A stretch of DNA of 64,000 nucleotides from Octopus bimaculoides (Eukaryota). Positions within the stretch are counted from its first letter, which is position 1. Each line of letters starts with the position of its first letter. The notes under the pieces are model-generated. The model was not told the DNA's origin. It saw nothing but the letters and a program-made list of their open reading frames with translations, and did not search any database. The translations under genes and the position numbers were made by a program. Below, piece by piece: positions 1 through 11,725 of the stretch. The stretch is taken from the NCBI RefSeq assembly GCF_001194135.2, contig NC_068985.1, positions 116,379,369-116,443,368 of the forward strand, written 5' to 3'.

Positions 1-1357
1 ACTAGAGAAAACATGTTCATGGAAGTGCAGGAAACTTGCAAGGCCATAAGCTTCAGTTGAATTATTTTTTATGTGTTACAGTTGATGGAGGAAAACACAT
101 GGCTGAAGTCTGGATGGGTCTGATGGAGTAGATCAGGATTAAGTTGGAATATCTTCAACTTCCGGGTACTCTGTTTATACACGACATTATACATCAGCAA
201 GCACTCTGTGGGAAAGACTTATTTCTACCGTACCAGTCATTGCTGCGGTGCACTTCAGTCAGAGTCATACATTTAATCGCCAGTTCCAAGCTTTTCTTGA
301 AGAAACTGATTATGAAATCTGTGACGTACCTTATCATAAAGTAATACTGTGGCTGAACTACGTCAAAATCCTGTTTCGTTTTTATAAGCTCCGAAGAGAA
401 ATAGATATTTTTCTCACTGAAACGGATACAGCTGATCCACTTCTGGCTTTCAAAGTTGTCATTTTTAGCTGACATCACATCAAACATGAATGAATTGAAC
501 TTGAAACTTCAGGAAAGGGATAACCTTATCTGTGATTTCTACAGACCCATCAAAAGATATCAGAGAAAGCTATCGTTGTTTCCAGCACAACTGGAAGAAA
601 ACAACTTCTCTTATTTTCAGTATTTCAAATAGTTTTGCACTGGAATCGCAGAAATTGTCAAACTCAAAGTACCGAAGAAGACTATTCGTGGATTAAACAA
701 GCATATTTTGGAGAAATTTTTAGATTTCCACAGAATTGAGAGTGACATAATTCCGTTCCAGAATCCGCTTGATTGTAACCCTGATGACTCGCCAGTCAAA
801 CTACAGTTGGTGCGCATTGATTTGCAAGAAAGTGACTTATTGAAAGAGAAATATAGAAAAGGAAAACTTGTTGAGTTTTATCACTGCTTATCTGATGACG
901 AATTTTCAAAGTTGAAGAAATTTGCCTCTGGCAAGACATCAGAGTTCGTGACAACTTATGTTTGCGAGTAAACATTTTTGAAAAATGAAGTATGTGAAAT
1001 CAGCACATGAAAAGAGGTGGACTGATGGCCATTTGAAAGTAATTCTCTTGGTTGGATGCAATTGGAACGACATGATCAACAAAGTTGATGATATCTTAAA
1101 AGCTAAACACTTGTTTCACAAATCTGACCAACCTTTTTTGCTGCTTAGTTTGTGAGATTCGGATGTGTGTGCACTGGTTCTGATGTAACTCTCTTATCGA
1201 TAACGTCGCCTTTATTGATTACTTTTTGGTAAATAAATATGTTGCTTGTCTTTTTATTTTTTGTGTATTCATTGTATTGGGCAAAATGGTTATGCAGCAC
1301 GCGCTCATCATTCTCTCAGTTATCTGGTCTGCTGTGAAATAAGTTTGGTGTCCCCTG
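1..1357 (+). mobile_element. 3' part of a degenerate hAT transposon of the Buster/Charlie/SPIN type (frameshifted transposase plus 3' TIR)
   Basis: Successive frames give HDIIHQQALC (180-209, hAT C(x)2H motif region), RQFQAFLEETDYEICDVPYH, LAFLADITSNMNELNLKLQ, FQNPLDCNPDDSPVKLQLVRIDLQESDLLKEKY and TTYVCE (dimerisation region). TIR-like AGTTTGGTGTCCCCTG at 1342-1357 is followed by TTTTAGGG, which fits the nnnTAnnn Buster target consensus. Confidence 0.9.
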
Positions 1358-1373
1358 TTTTAGGGAGACTTAT

Positions 1374-1497
1374 ATGCTTTATGACCCTATCAGATTGATG
1401 AAATAGGTACTAACTGAGCACTGGGGGGTCGTTGTATTCGAATTACCCTCACCCCGAAATTGCTGGCCTTGTTCCAAAATCTGAAACCATTACTATT
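1374..1497 (+). mobile_element. 3' half of a Deu/Nin-domain tRNA SINE (family A)
   Basis: Degenerate GATAAAATAAGTACCAG...CACTGGGGTCG core plus the AAATTGCTGGCCTTGT-CCAAAAT tail shared with many copies in the window. Confidence 0.7.
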
Positions 1498-2193
1498 AAT
1501 CCGCATGATTCCACTTTGCCTGAGAACATTAGGACTGATGATCTATTTTAATGTCTTTATACTGTAGAGGGAGCTCTACGTATGAATTTCGTGAGTATTC
1601 TGGAAACGACATGATCAACAAAGTTAATGTAACTTTTGGAAAAACACATACCAACTACTGCGAGGATACCGTTGTTAAAACATTTTTAAACGGCTCCTTG
1701 ATCTAATATATGCATTCTATTATTGAAATCTTAGAAGTAGAAGGTTAGCATAGTGGTTAGAGTGTCGCAGTGGGTTAATAAAATATGAAAGACACAAGTA
1801 GTGCTATTTATTTTCTTAGACAATACCACATTGGAGCAACAAAGAACAATTAAATTATAAAATTGATGATGCCTGCACCTGCGAATCTCTCGAAATATTA
1901 TTTGATAAAGCACGATTCTTTTAATTAAGATTGTAATAATTATATCCTATTACTATAGATTAATAAAAATTAATTACAAGCCTGTACAGTACCCTTATGT
2001 TTAGGATTGTGTATAACGTGATGAATATGGAAAAACTAACTGATATGAAATATAATTTACAAAATTCATCATTCTGTTACATAATATACAATGGATATAA
2101 TCTACAATGAATTTGTATTTCTAACCACGAAGATAAATTCACTTTACGCTTATAATTATTTCTAATTATTGACTGTACAAAATCTATGGGAAA

Positions 2194-2325
2194 CAGGCGT
2201 AGCTGTATGATTCAAAAACATTCTTCCTAACAATGTGGTCTTGGGTTCAGTCCCACCGCTATGATACCCGGGACGACCAAAGCCTTGTTAGTGGATTTCG
2301 TTGAAGAAACCAGAAAGATGCTCAT
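2194..2325 (+). mobile_element. tRNA-SINE head (family B)
   Basis: CAGGCGTAGCTGT...GGGTTCAGTCCCAC...GACCAAAGCCTTGTTAGTGGATTT matches the other family-B copies. Confidence 0.7.
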
Positions 2326-2960
2326 CTTGAGGCACCAACGCAGTTTGGTATAGTCTGCGCAGCTCAAAGTTAGGTGTATAAATGGCACATAAGTAACAAG
2401 CATGTCTAGGTATCAATGCGTTACGACCGTTTCAAGCGGATCCATTTAATCGATCAATTTGTACAATACAGCAATTTGAAAGAAACCGCTCTTCTCAGAG
2501 TAGACGATCATATAGATTTCCAGTATAAAGGGTAAACCATTTTTAGCACAATTTACATCAGTACTAGAAACCAAAACACTTACATTGCTTCTCTTTGCTA
2601 TGTTTGTGGCAGAATAAACTTAGGGAAAACTGTATTTCTAAAGCCTAATATAATTTAGAGGGTATCAGAGGAAAATATTGGTGGGTGGGTGAAGAAAAAG
2701 GAATGGTGAGATAGTTAATTTATCTTTATCTTTAATTTATTTATAAGATTTTATGCAGCATATAGTCTGCAACCCTTTAAACTTGAATTCATTGGGAATC
2801 AGAGTTGATGGTGGTAAAGTAATTACAGTTAGGTTCTTTTCCTGACCCTTATTTAGTGGGACCATATATCTGTCTTTATATACATAAAAGGATATGTCTC
2901 AGACCTGCTAGTATGAGAATGACAAATGGAGAAATGGAGGAAGGACAAGAGTGCTTGTAT

Positions 2961-3264
2961 ATGATGGACTCTCCCTTCGTTAGACGACGTATGAGGGTTC
3001 GACAATTTCGTACCGAACAACCACACAGATGAATTGTTTATGGTGATCAAATGTTTGTGTAGACAAAAGCTCTCTTCCTCCATCGGATCGATATTACCTG
3101 CAGAGGTGCAACGGGTGCCACATGTCAGATGTCGAAATGATCACAGAGCAATGTGAAATGAAGTGCTTTGCTCAAGAGCACAACACAACGCTCGGTCTAG
3201 GAATAGAACCCACGATCTCACAACTGTGAGTGGAACACTCTAGCCACTAAGCCATGCGCATTCA
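2961..3264 (-). mobile_element. tRNA SINE with CORE-like segment (family C)
   Basis: Minus strand reads GCATGGCTTAGTGGCTAGAGTG (A box)...GGGTTCTATTCC (B box)...CTTGAGCAAAGCACTTCATTTCACATTGCTC; the GAACCCTC...CGTCGT tail resembles the family-D tail. Confidence 0.8.
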
Positions 3265-3645
3265 TGTATGTATGTATCTATGCACGTATGTATATCTGGG
3301 GGTGAGTTGGTGAGTGGGGGTGAGTTGGTGAGTGGGGGTGGGGTGCACTTGTTTCAGTCATTTCACTGTGGTCATGTTGGGGCACCACAATTTTCGTGTA
3401 TGTGCCTATGTACTTATGTATGTATGTGTACATATATACATTCGTAGTGAGATAAGTGCAGTAATTTGTTTGCATATAAGTTTGACTCTATACTGTATGT
3501 ACAGAGTACGTGTATACACATACACGTACTCACACACATAAATGCGAATGCAGTGTATGTGTGTGAGTATGTGTGTGTGTGCGTGTGCGTGCGTGCGTGC
3601 GTGCGTGCGTGTGTGTGTGTGTGTGTGCATATATTTTCATATTCA

Positions 3646-3701
3646 GCTTTATGAACGTAGTTACGGTATAAAACATGGTTGACCCGAAACAGCTGTCAAG
3701 G
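3646..3701 (+). ncRNA. Degenerate Penelope-type minimal hammerhead motif
   Basis: CTTTATGAA...CCGAAACAGCTGTCAAGG: GAAA, palindromic ACAGCTGT and GTC cleavage triplet are intact; the CTGANGA half is mutated. Confidence 0.4.
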
Positions 3702-4337
3702 TAAGATTATTACGTAACTCCTTTCATTTATTTTCTGTTCTTTATTTTGTAATCTCTATTTTATATTCAATGAGAATATATGCTCTAATCCTACTTGTGT
3801 TCATATGCCTTTCTACTCGCTCAACAAAAATCTTGCTCCGCGCCGACTTTCTACATCAGAGACACCTACCTTGCATGAAGGAACTGGAGTTTCATCTCAT
3901 TTATCTGAGTCCAGCACCATGGCTATCAATATTATGCTTGCTTTGCTTTCTCGAACACACCGTGTATGTGTGTATGGATGTATGTATATATATCACGTAT
4001 ACAGACACATGCATTCTTAGGTACGTATGTATGTATTAAGAGAGATCACTGACATCAACTGACGATTTAAATAATTAACGTTTGTCTCAGACATGCTACA
4101 AAGAACTGCCACATTGCATTAATTCATTCCACATTATAACGAAATTAGAAGTGTGTATCTATGCAACGCCAACATCTCTCTATTAATTGATTAATGCAAA
4201 ATCTTCAGGAATAATTATAAGCATCATTATATTACATCCATGTCAATAACATAGTATTATAAAGATTTTCTATACGTATTATTTTCGTCCACCCACAATC
4301 CCTGGTATAATGTAATGTTTATTAATTGTTGTTAACG

Positions 4338-4450
4338 AAAGGCCGTAGGCAAGTGGTTAAAGTGTTGCACTCACGATCGCAGGATTATGTGTTCGATTGA
4401 GGGGCAGGGCAATGTGATGTGATCTTGAGCAAAACATCTAAGTCGTATGA
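4338..4450 (+). mobile_element. Family C SINE head, degraded
   Basis: GGCAAGTGGTTAAAGTGTTGCACTCACGATCG...GTTCGATT...CTTGAGCAAAAC. Confidence 0.6.
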
Positions 4451-5880
4451 GTTGTAAATAAATAACCTGTGGCAAAGGAGATGTTGCTTAATACGGGGTA
4501 CCTATTTGAATGAGTGCGTGTCAGAAGGATAGTAACATTCAAATATATGCTTGTATAAAATGCTCAATAAAATACCAGGAGACAATGTTTCTTTTTGGTT
4601 AACAAACCTGAGAATTTATTCTGGTGCAATCAAGATGTTACCGGAGCTCTTCAGGTAAGCCTTCCCGATAATCGGAATGGAACCAAGTGTTTATTCATTA
4701 GTAATTGTTCAATATGTGTATCGTAGATATCAGTCTTCCCGTCCATCGGAAACAGTAAATAAATGTTCACTCCTTAGAATATCACCATGAGTTGGAAACA
4801 AATTCATTGAATTAAGGTAGAAGCCCTTCCCTCGATAAGTGTTAATTTCTGATCAAAGTCTTGCCAGGCCCAAGCTCATCTAACCTGCTTACCATCCAGT
4901 CTACTCGACAACTGCCCGTTCGTTTTAAAACTCGCGCTTCACTGCAGGGGCCGCGTGTATCTTTCCGCGGCCAGCATTAATTGGTTATTTTAAGCAAAAC
5001 CACCTCATTAAGCTACCATCGCAAAGTAGTGCTAATATGACTTGCTACAAACCCTGCGACGGACTTGCGTTGATTTTATGCGCGTTGTTGCTATCTCGGT
5101 CTCTTATACCTCGACGGAATACGGGTATAAATCCTAGTATTTGAGATAGCAATGCCCATGATTTGCTGCTTTTGAATATTGTAGTGTTAAAGTCGATGAT
5201 GAATCATTTCTGTGATTTCAAGATATTATAACTGTAATATCCTATCTCTAATTTCAATGTGTGTATAGAGACCACTTCTCTAGCTAAATGTTTTATTAAT
5301 CTATAATAAACAAACGAAATTCACCATAATGTTCTTAGCCATTTTTACATCCTGACCTGTGCGGTACTCGGCCTTACTGACCTCTGTCTTTGTGAAGTAA
5401 TTCTCCCAGCATATATATATATATATATATATATANNNNNNNNNNNNNNNNNNNNNNNNNNNNNNNNNNNNNNNNNNNNNNNNNNNNNNNNNNNNNNNNN
5501 NNNNNNNNNNNNNNNNNNNNNNNNNNNNNNNNNNNNNNNNNNNNNNNNNNNNNNNNNNNNNNNNNNNNNNNNNNNNNNNNNNNNNNNNNNNNNNNNNNNN
5601 NNNNNNNNNNNNNNNNNNNNNNNNNNNNNNNNNNNNNNNNNNNNNNNNNNNNNNNNNNNNNNNNNNNNNNNNNNNNNNNNNNNNNNNNNNNNNNNNNNNN
5701 NNNNNNNNNNNNNNNNNNNNNNNNNNNNNNNNNNNNNNNNNNNNNNNNNNNNNNNNNNNNNNNNNNNNNNNNNNNNNNNNNNNNNNNNNNNNNNNNNNNN
5801 NNNNNNNNNNNNNNNNNNNNNNNNNNNNNNNNNNNNNNNNNNNNNNNNNNNNNNATATATATATATATGTATGCTCACGC

Positions 5881-5934
<54 letters not shown>

Positions 5935-5998
5935 ATTTGTAACTATTTGGAAAGGCTTTAGCAATTAGAATAGTACTCGATTAGCTAAGACTGTAAAG

Positions 5999-6628
5999 AT
6001 AATGTTATAATAAACCACAAGTCTTGTTAAATACAGCTACCCAAATTTTCCAAGTCGGTACATTAATTTATTTCGCCATTTTGCAAACTGAATATAATAC
6101 TCTTTGTCAGTTGTTGTTTTTTTAAGTAGATGCCGTTTAAACAAGGGACGCTGATAAGGAAGAAGACAAAAGCAAAATCACAAGTGAGATAACCAACATT
6201 ACAATAAACAAATATCAAAAATGGTAAACAAGTTATTAATATTTGACAACGTGTTTGGTGATGAATTTTTAAATTTCGCCAAGACGATTTTTTTTTCTTT
6301 TCTTTTTCAAATGTGGACAAAAAAAAAAAAATTCGTTCCTAGAACTTACGTAGTCGTTGGGGGCGTTTTAAGTTCTTGCAGAAATATCATTTTTCAAGAG
6401 ACCATGTCTTTTTAAACTTGTTTATTGCAACGTAGGTTATCTGGCTGGTGTTTTACTTTTTGCTTTCTTCCTTATCAGCATTCCTTGTTTAAACGGCATC
6501 TGCTTGCTTAAGAAGTAAGTGACAATCGGTCTTCGCAGCTTGAAAAATGGCAAAAGAAACTAATATTTCGACGAGGAAACTCTGGGTTGCTTTATTTTAA
6601 AAAGACGTGTGGTTCTTATTAACATTAT
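5999..6628. mobile_element. Foldback / long-TIR MITE with ~220-bp imperfect arms
   Basis: 5999-6225 is the reverse complement of ~6400-6628, e.g. AGATGCCGTTTAAACAAGG / CCTTGTTTAAACGGCATCT and ATAATGTTA / TAACATTAT. Confidence 0.8.
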
Positions 6629-6743
6629 GAATGAATGTATGTATGTATGTATGTATGTATGTATGTATGTATGTATGTGTGTATGTACGATGTATGTGTG
6701 CATGCATGCATGCATGCATGTATAAACATATATACATATATAC

Positions 6744-6783
<40 letters not shown>

Positions 6784-7500
6784 TGAATAAATAGAGACAA
6801 CAGGAAGGGGTACGTTTAGACAACTGTGTAATAAACACTACACATGCATCGATACAAAATAGATCCACATATACATAGGATTTAAATTTATATGTGTGTA
6901 TGTATGTGTATNNNNNNNNNNNNNNNNNNNNNNNNNNNNNNNNNNNNNNNNNNNNNNNNNNNNNNNNNNNNNNNNNNNNNNNNNNNNNNNNNNNNNNNNN
7001 NNNNNNNNNNNNNNNNNNNNNNNNNNNNNNNNNNNNNNNNNNNNNNNNNNNNNNNNNNNNNNNNNNNNNNNNNNNNNNNNNNNNNNNNNNNNNNNNNNNN
7101 NNNNNNNNNNNNNNNNNNNNNNNNNNNNNNNNNNNNNNNNNNNNNNNNNNNNNNNNNNNNNNNNNNNNNNNNNNNNNNNNNNNNNNNNNNNNNNNNNNNN
7201 NNNNNNNNNNNNNNNNNNNNNNNNNNNNNNNNNNNNNNNNNNNNNNNNNNNNNNNNNNNNNNNNNNNNNNNNNNNNNNNNNNNNNNNNNNNNNNNNNNNN
7301 NNNNNNNNNNNNNNNNNNNNNNNNNNNNNNNNNNNNNNNNNNNNNNNNNNNNNNNNNNNNNNNNNNNNNNNNNNNNNNNNNNNNNNNNNNNNNNNNNNNN
7401 NNNNNNNNNNNNNNNNNNNNNNNNNNNNNNNNNNNNNNNNNNNNNNNNNNNNNNNNNNNNNNNNNNNNNNNNNNNNNNNNNAACATATATACATATATAC

Positions 7501-7537
<37 letters not shown>

Positions 7538-7544
7538 AACATAT

Positions 7545-7713
7545 GTACGACAGGCCTCTTTCAGTTTCCGTCTATCAAATTCACTCACAAGGCTTTGGTC
7601 GGCTCGAGGCTATAGTAGAAGACACTTGCCCAAGTTGCCACGCAGTTGGACTGAAACTGGAACCATGTAGTTGGAACGCAAGCTATTTACCACATAGCCA
7701 CACCTGCGCCTAT
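7545..7713 (-). mobile_element. Family B SINE head
   Basis: Reverse complement of GGCGCAGGTGTGGCTATGTGGTAA...CAGTCC...GTGGCAACTTGGGCAAGTGTCTTCTACTATAGCC; abuts (TA)n and a gap. Confidence 0.85.
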
Positions 7714-8251
7714 ATAGGGACAATATAGAAATGATTATTGAACTTCAAAAATGACAATTTCTGTTGAAAACTTCTTGGTCGCTACGTTATCCTGAAGCAA
7801 ATTTTATGTAACTTCAAAGTATTTAATCAGTTGATTTCGTAGCATATATTTACTTCTTTACAAATTAAGGGGTTGTGAACTAAAAATACGAAAGTTAACA
7901 GCACACATATACACGATAAAACTACGAGCAGATATGAGAACGCCGCACACTTTTATGTGGACGGAGCGATTCTGTCTTTAAGCAAATTAATTCATATCAA
8001 GTTGTTACTGTCTAAATCAGTACGACCATCTAAATTAGTACAACTGGAATTAATTAATCTATTAGGTAATTGTATTTGTCTCTTGCGAACAGCTGTTTTA
8101 TGTAATTAAAGTAGATTTTATACCTACGTAACTATAAAATTTTAAATATCTTTCCTAAGAACATAGCACCTACTTTATCATTATTAGTTTTGCGCTACTG
8201 TCGAAAGAGTGATACAGGGAGAATAGTAGCATATGTTCTAGTACACACATA

Positions 8252-8488
8252 CAGGGTGGACCTAAAGTAGGTTTACAGTTATCACATAAGCACTTCAAAT
8301 ATCTTTTGAAACATTTTATTACATGTAAATTTCTATCTTACAAACTGAAAAGAGAGCTTGACAATATTAACTAAATTAGCATAGAATAATGTGGTTTCGT
8401 ACTTTTCTATGATCAATATCTAAACTGTTAATATACGAATGCGAAAGAGATAGTTGAGTAACTGTAAACATACTTGTGGGCCACTCTG
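8252..8488. mobile_element. Tc1/mariner-type MITE with TA target duplication
   Basis: TA-CAGGGTGGACCTAAAGTAGGTTTACAGTT ... AACTGTAAACATACTTGTGGGCCACTCTG-TA. Confidence 0.85.
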
Positions 8489-8590
8489 TAAATTATACAG
8501 GATACCACAGAAATAAAAAAAAAATCGTATATTTTACATTGGCCATCGTCGCGGTGCTAGTAACCCCAATGCTCATTGGTGTGGTGAGTC

Positions 8591-8757
8591 GCTGGCGTGG
8601 CTATGTGATAAGAAGTTTGTCTCTCATCGTCAGGGCTTCAGGTTCAGTTCCACCACGTGTCACACTGAGCATGTGTCGTCTACTAAAGGCCCGAGCGGAC
8701 CATATCTTTCTGAGTTGATTTGGTACACGATAAGTGAAAGCGATCTACCGTGTATAG
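8591..8757 (+). mobile_element. Family B SINE head, diverged
   Basis: GGCGTGGCTATGTGATAAGAAGTTTG...GGTTCAGTTCCACCACGTG. Confidence 0.7.
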
Positions 8758-10093
8758 AAGACTCCACAGGTGGGATAATAAGTTTTTAAGCTGGGAGATT
8801 TACATTTGACTTTCGCTGTATTGAGAGATTCTAATAGATAGACGCACAGATAAACAGACGCACACATTCATACGTTTAAATCAATGCAAAGACGAATAGA
8901 CGAACGGATTAATAATTATACCCATGGGAACATGCCAGCGCATACCACCACATGTATGTATGTCAGTCAATCACACACGCACAGAGCTATACATACTTAC
9001 AGACATACATCTACACACATGAATTCATCCCTCGGGACACAAAGATTCACCCACCCACACACATACAGCGATTACATCAATATTGCCTCTGTAGTGCAGA
9101 CGGACGCACTCACAGAGATACAACCATAAACACACTCACATCCTGATATATTGTTCGCACATCTCCCACACTGACACCCACCCACATGCATCATCGTATC
9201 CACACCACAAAACATACAAATCCAAATATACATTAACACCCATAGTTTCACATGTCTACAGACAAATACACTTAAACATTCACATAATTATACACACACA
9301 CACGTTCGTATACAGATATGCTCAGGTACACATCAGTACACACCATAGACTTTCACTCAGCACTTATATACACATATAGGCACATAGAAACACGTCAACA
9401 CTGCACTGACATGCACAGACATTCACAAGAGTAAGCAGACACACATGCAGGCACAGAATAATAAACAGCACTAAGGCAAACACCCACACACTTGTTCATG
9501 GGTACATAGAAATGTATGGAATGATAGTATGATGTTCACTGTTCAATGTGGATTATGGCAGTTCGGTGCTGTGTTTATGGGGTGGTAATATTTGAAGTTG
9601 GCTTTTATGGCATGTTAACAATGTGTAATCTGTAATAAGCAACATTGGCAGGGATTCTTGAGAGCACAATCCACAGGTCCTACAATGTGTGTTGTAGGGT
9701 TTTGTATCATTTAAAATTGACCATGAAACCTTATATATAATCCAGGCATACTCGTGTGCCTAGAGTAGAAAATAATATTCTATCATCTTTTTTTTTTTTT
9801 TTTTTTTTCAGCTGCGTCACATTTTGGCCTGTGTATATCATGCATATCTCGGAAAGTTTGACGGTTTGTAAAATGTGTGATGGGGATTTTTCTCTCACCC
9901 TGTATTCGATTTGATCTGCATTATGTAGATACGTTATCATTTTAAAGGCATTTGTTATTGTTTTAAAGGTATCTGTATCACAGAAACAGGCGGTTTTAGA
10001 TTAAAGATGAAATGCATGAGGTTCTATATCTTTTGATTGAACTACGTACAGAGATCAAACATCCCCCTACAATCATAGATCAAACAGCGTGGT

Positions 10094-10136
<43 letters not shown>

Positions 10137-10552
10137 TAAATATACTGTTATATCGCTGATTACTAATTTACTCTGAAACACGTCGTGTTGATGCTAGAAT
10201 TAATTAATGTATGCTACTGATTGGGCATAGCTATGTAAATATAATCAGATTTAGCATGATTGTGTTTATAATTTTCATAATTAGTACCAACACAACTTTC
10301 TCTTGCAGTAAGTGATTTATTGTGAAGCTTTAACGAAAGCTGAAAATGTTGACTTAATACTTCCTTTTTATAGACTCATTAAAATGCATCTTTCATGTTA
10401 TTGAAACAATTCAAACGAATACATTATTATAAATCAATGGCTTATTTGGCAGAATGCAGGCAAAAATTATGTACTGTATTGCTTGCGTAATCTCTTTTGT
10501 TACTCTTTCACTATTTTACTAGATTTAGTGTTTATACTAGCTTCAGTCAGAG

Positions 10553-10760
10553 AAGACGCGTGGCCTTGTGGTTGGGGTATTCCACTCTCGATTGCAAGAT
10601 GGTGGTTTCGATTCCCCAACCGAGCAGTTCATTGTGATTTTGTGCAAAGCGTTTCATTTGAAGCTGCTACAGTACACTCTGGTATAAATGAATAATTCTA
10701 CGACGGAGGGGCTTTCCGTTTAGCGGGATGTGTTCTCATCTCGGTCGCTTATACGCCACA
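10553..10760 (+). mobile_element. Family C SINE
   Basis: GACGCGTGGCCTTGTGGTTGGGG (A box), GGTTTCGATTCC (B box). Confidence 0.7.
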
Positions 10761-11039
10761 TAAATAGAACACGACAGCATAATGTCCTGTGGTTAATGAT
10801 GAGGATGTTTCATTATGTATCAACATTTTAAGACATTTCACTAAAGTATCGGGCAACCATATACAATGTTAGCAATCATGCATGAATCCCAGCCCCACCC
10901 TGGTAGTATGCAGAGGTGTCAAACAACAAACCAGTTGATTTAAAAAGTGAAATCCAGGCCGTTTTTAATTTAGGTTCTTCGCTTTTCGACTTTTGTCTCA
11001 TCACATAGGGACAAAACAATTTCAGTCATAAGCTTCCTC

Positions 11040-11057
11040 CAATTCATTCTTCTTCTT

Positions 11058-11126
<69 letters not shown>
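11040..11126. repeat. Compound (TTC)n(TTA)n microsatellite
   Basis: Direct reading. Confidence 0.95.
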
Positions 11127-11507
11127 TAAATAAAATTTCATCTATCATTTTAAATAAGACTTCATCTATTGTTTTAAGTACGACTCCATTTATTTAATTC
11201 CAAACGGGCTTCATCTCTCATTGTATCGATCTAAGAATTTATACTTATTCAGGATTTTGGTGCCCACTTCATTCTCGGTTATGTCAGATCAGCTTCTACC
11301 CAGCAGACCCTTTTATGAAATCTATTGAAGACCAGAACCCTCATGTCTTTTATTCTGGCATTGAAAATCTAGGAACACATTATCCAGTGCATCATTCATA
11401 TTTTCAACATGTTTGCTTGTGGTTTGCTGAATATTTAGCTATTATTACTAGTAGATCATAATAGCTAAATATTCACAAAACAGCAAACATATATATTCTT
11501 TTTAAAA

Positions 11508-11725
11508 AGGCGGCAAGATGGCAGAATTATTAGCACATTGAGTAAAATTCTCAGTGGCATTACGTCCGTTTTTATGTTGTGAATTCAAATTTCGCCGAGA
11601 TCGACTTTGCCTTACATTCTTTGGGAGACAATAAAATAAGTACCAGTTGAGTACTGGGGTCTATGAAAGCGATTTACCCTCTCTCCAGACCTTGCTGGCC
11701 TTGTGCCAATATTTGAAACTATTAT
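11508..11725 (+). mobile_element. Near full-length family A (Deu/Nin-domain) SINE
   Basis: GGCGGCAAGATGGCAGAATTATTAGCAC head, GAATTCAAATTTCG B box, GTCGACTTTGCCTT-like core, AAAATAAGTACCAGTTGAGTACTGGGGTC. Confidence 0.85.

Noticed and set aside
3647-3701. Apparent 55-nt exon (TTCAG|...AAG|GTAAGA)
   Set aside because: Better explained as a hammerhead/PLE terminal remnant; no partner exons identified.
3770-4039. 89-aa ORF with a signal-peptide-like N-terminus (MRIYALILLVFICLS)
   Set aside because: It runs into a TG/TA microsatellite, has no recognisable domain, and hydrophobic starts are common by chance in T-rich DNA.
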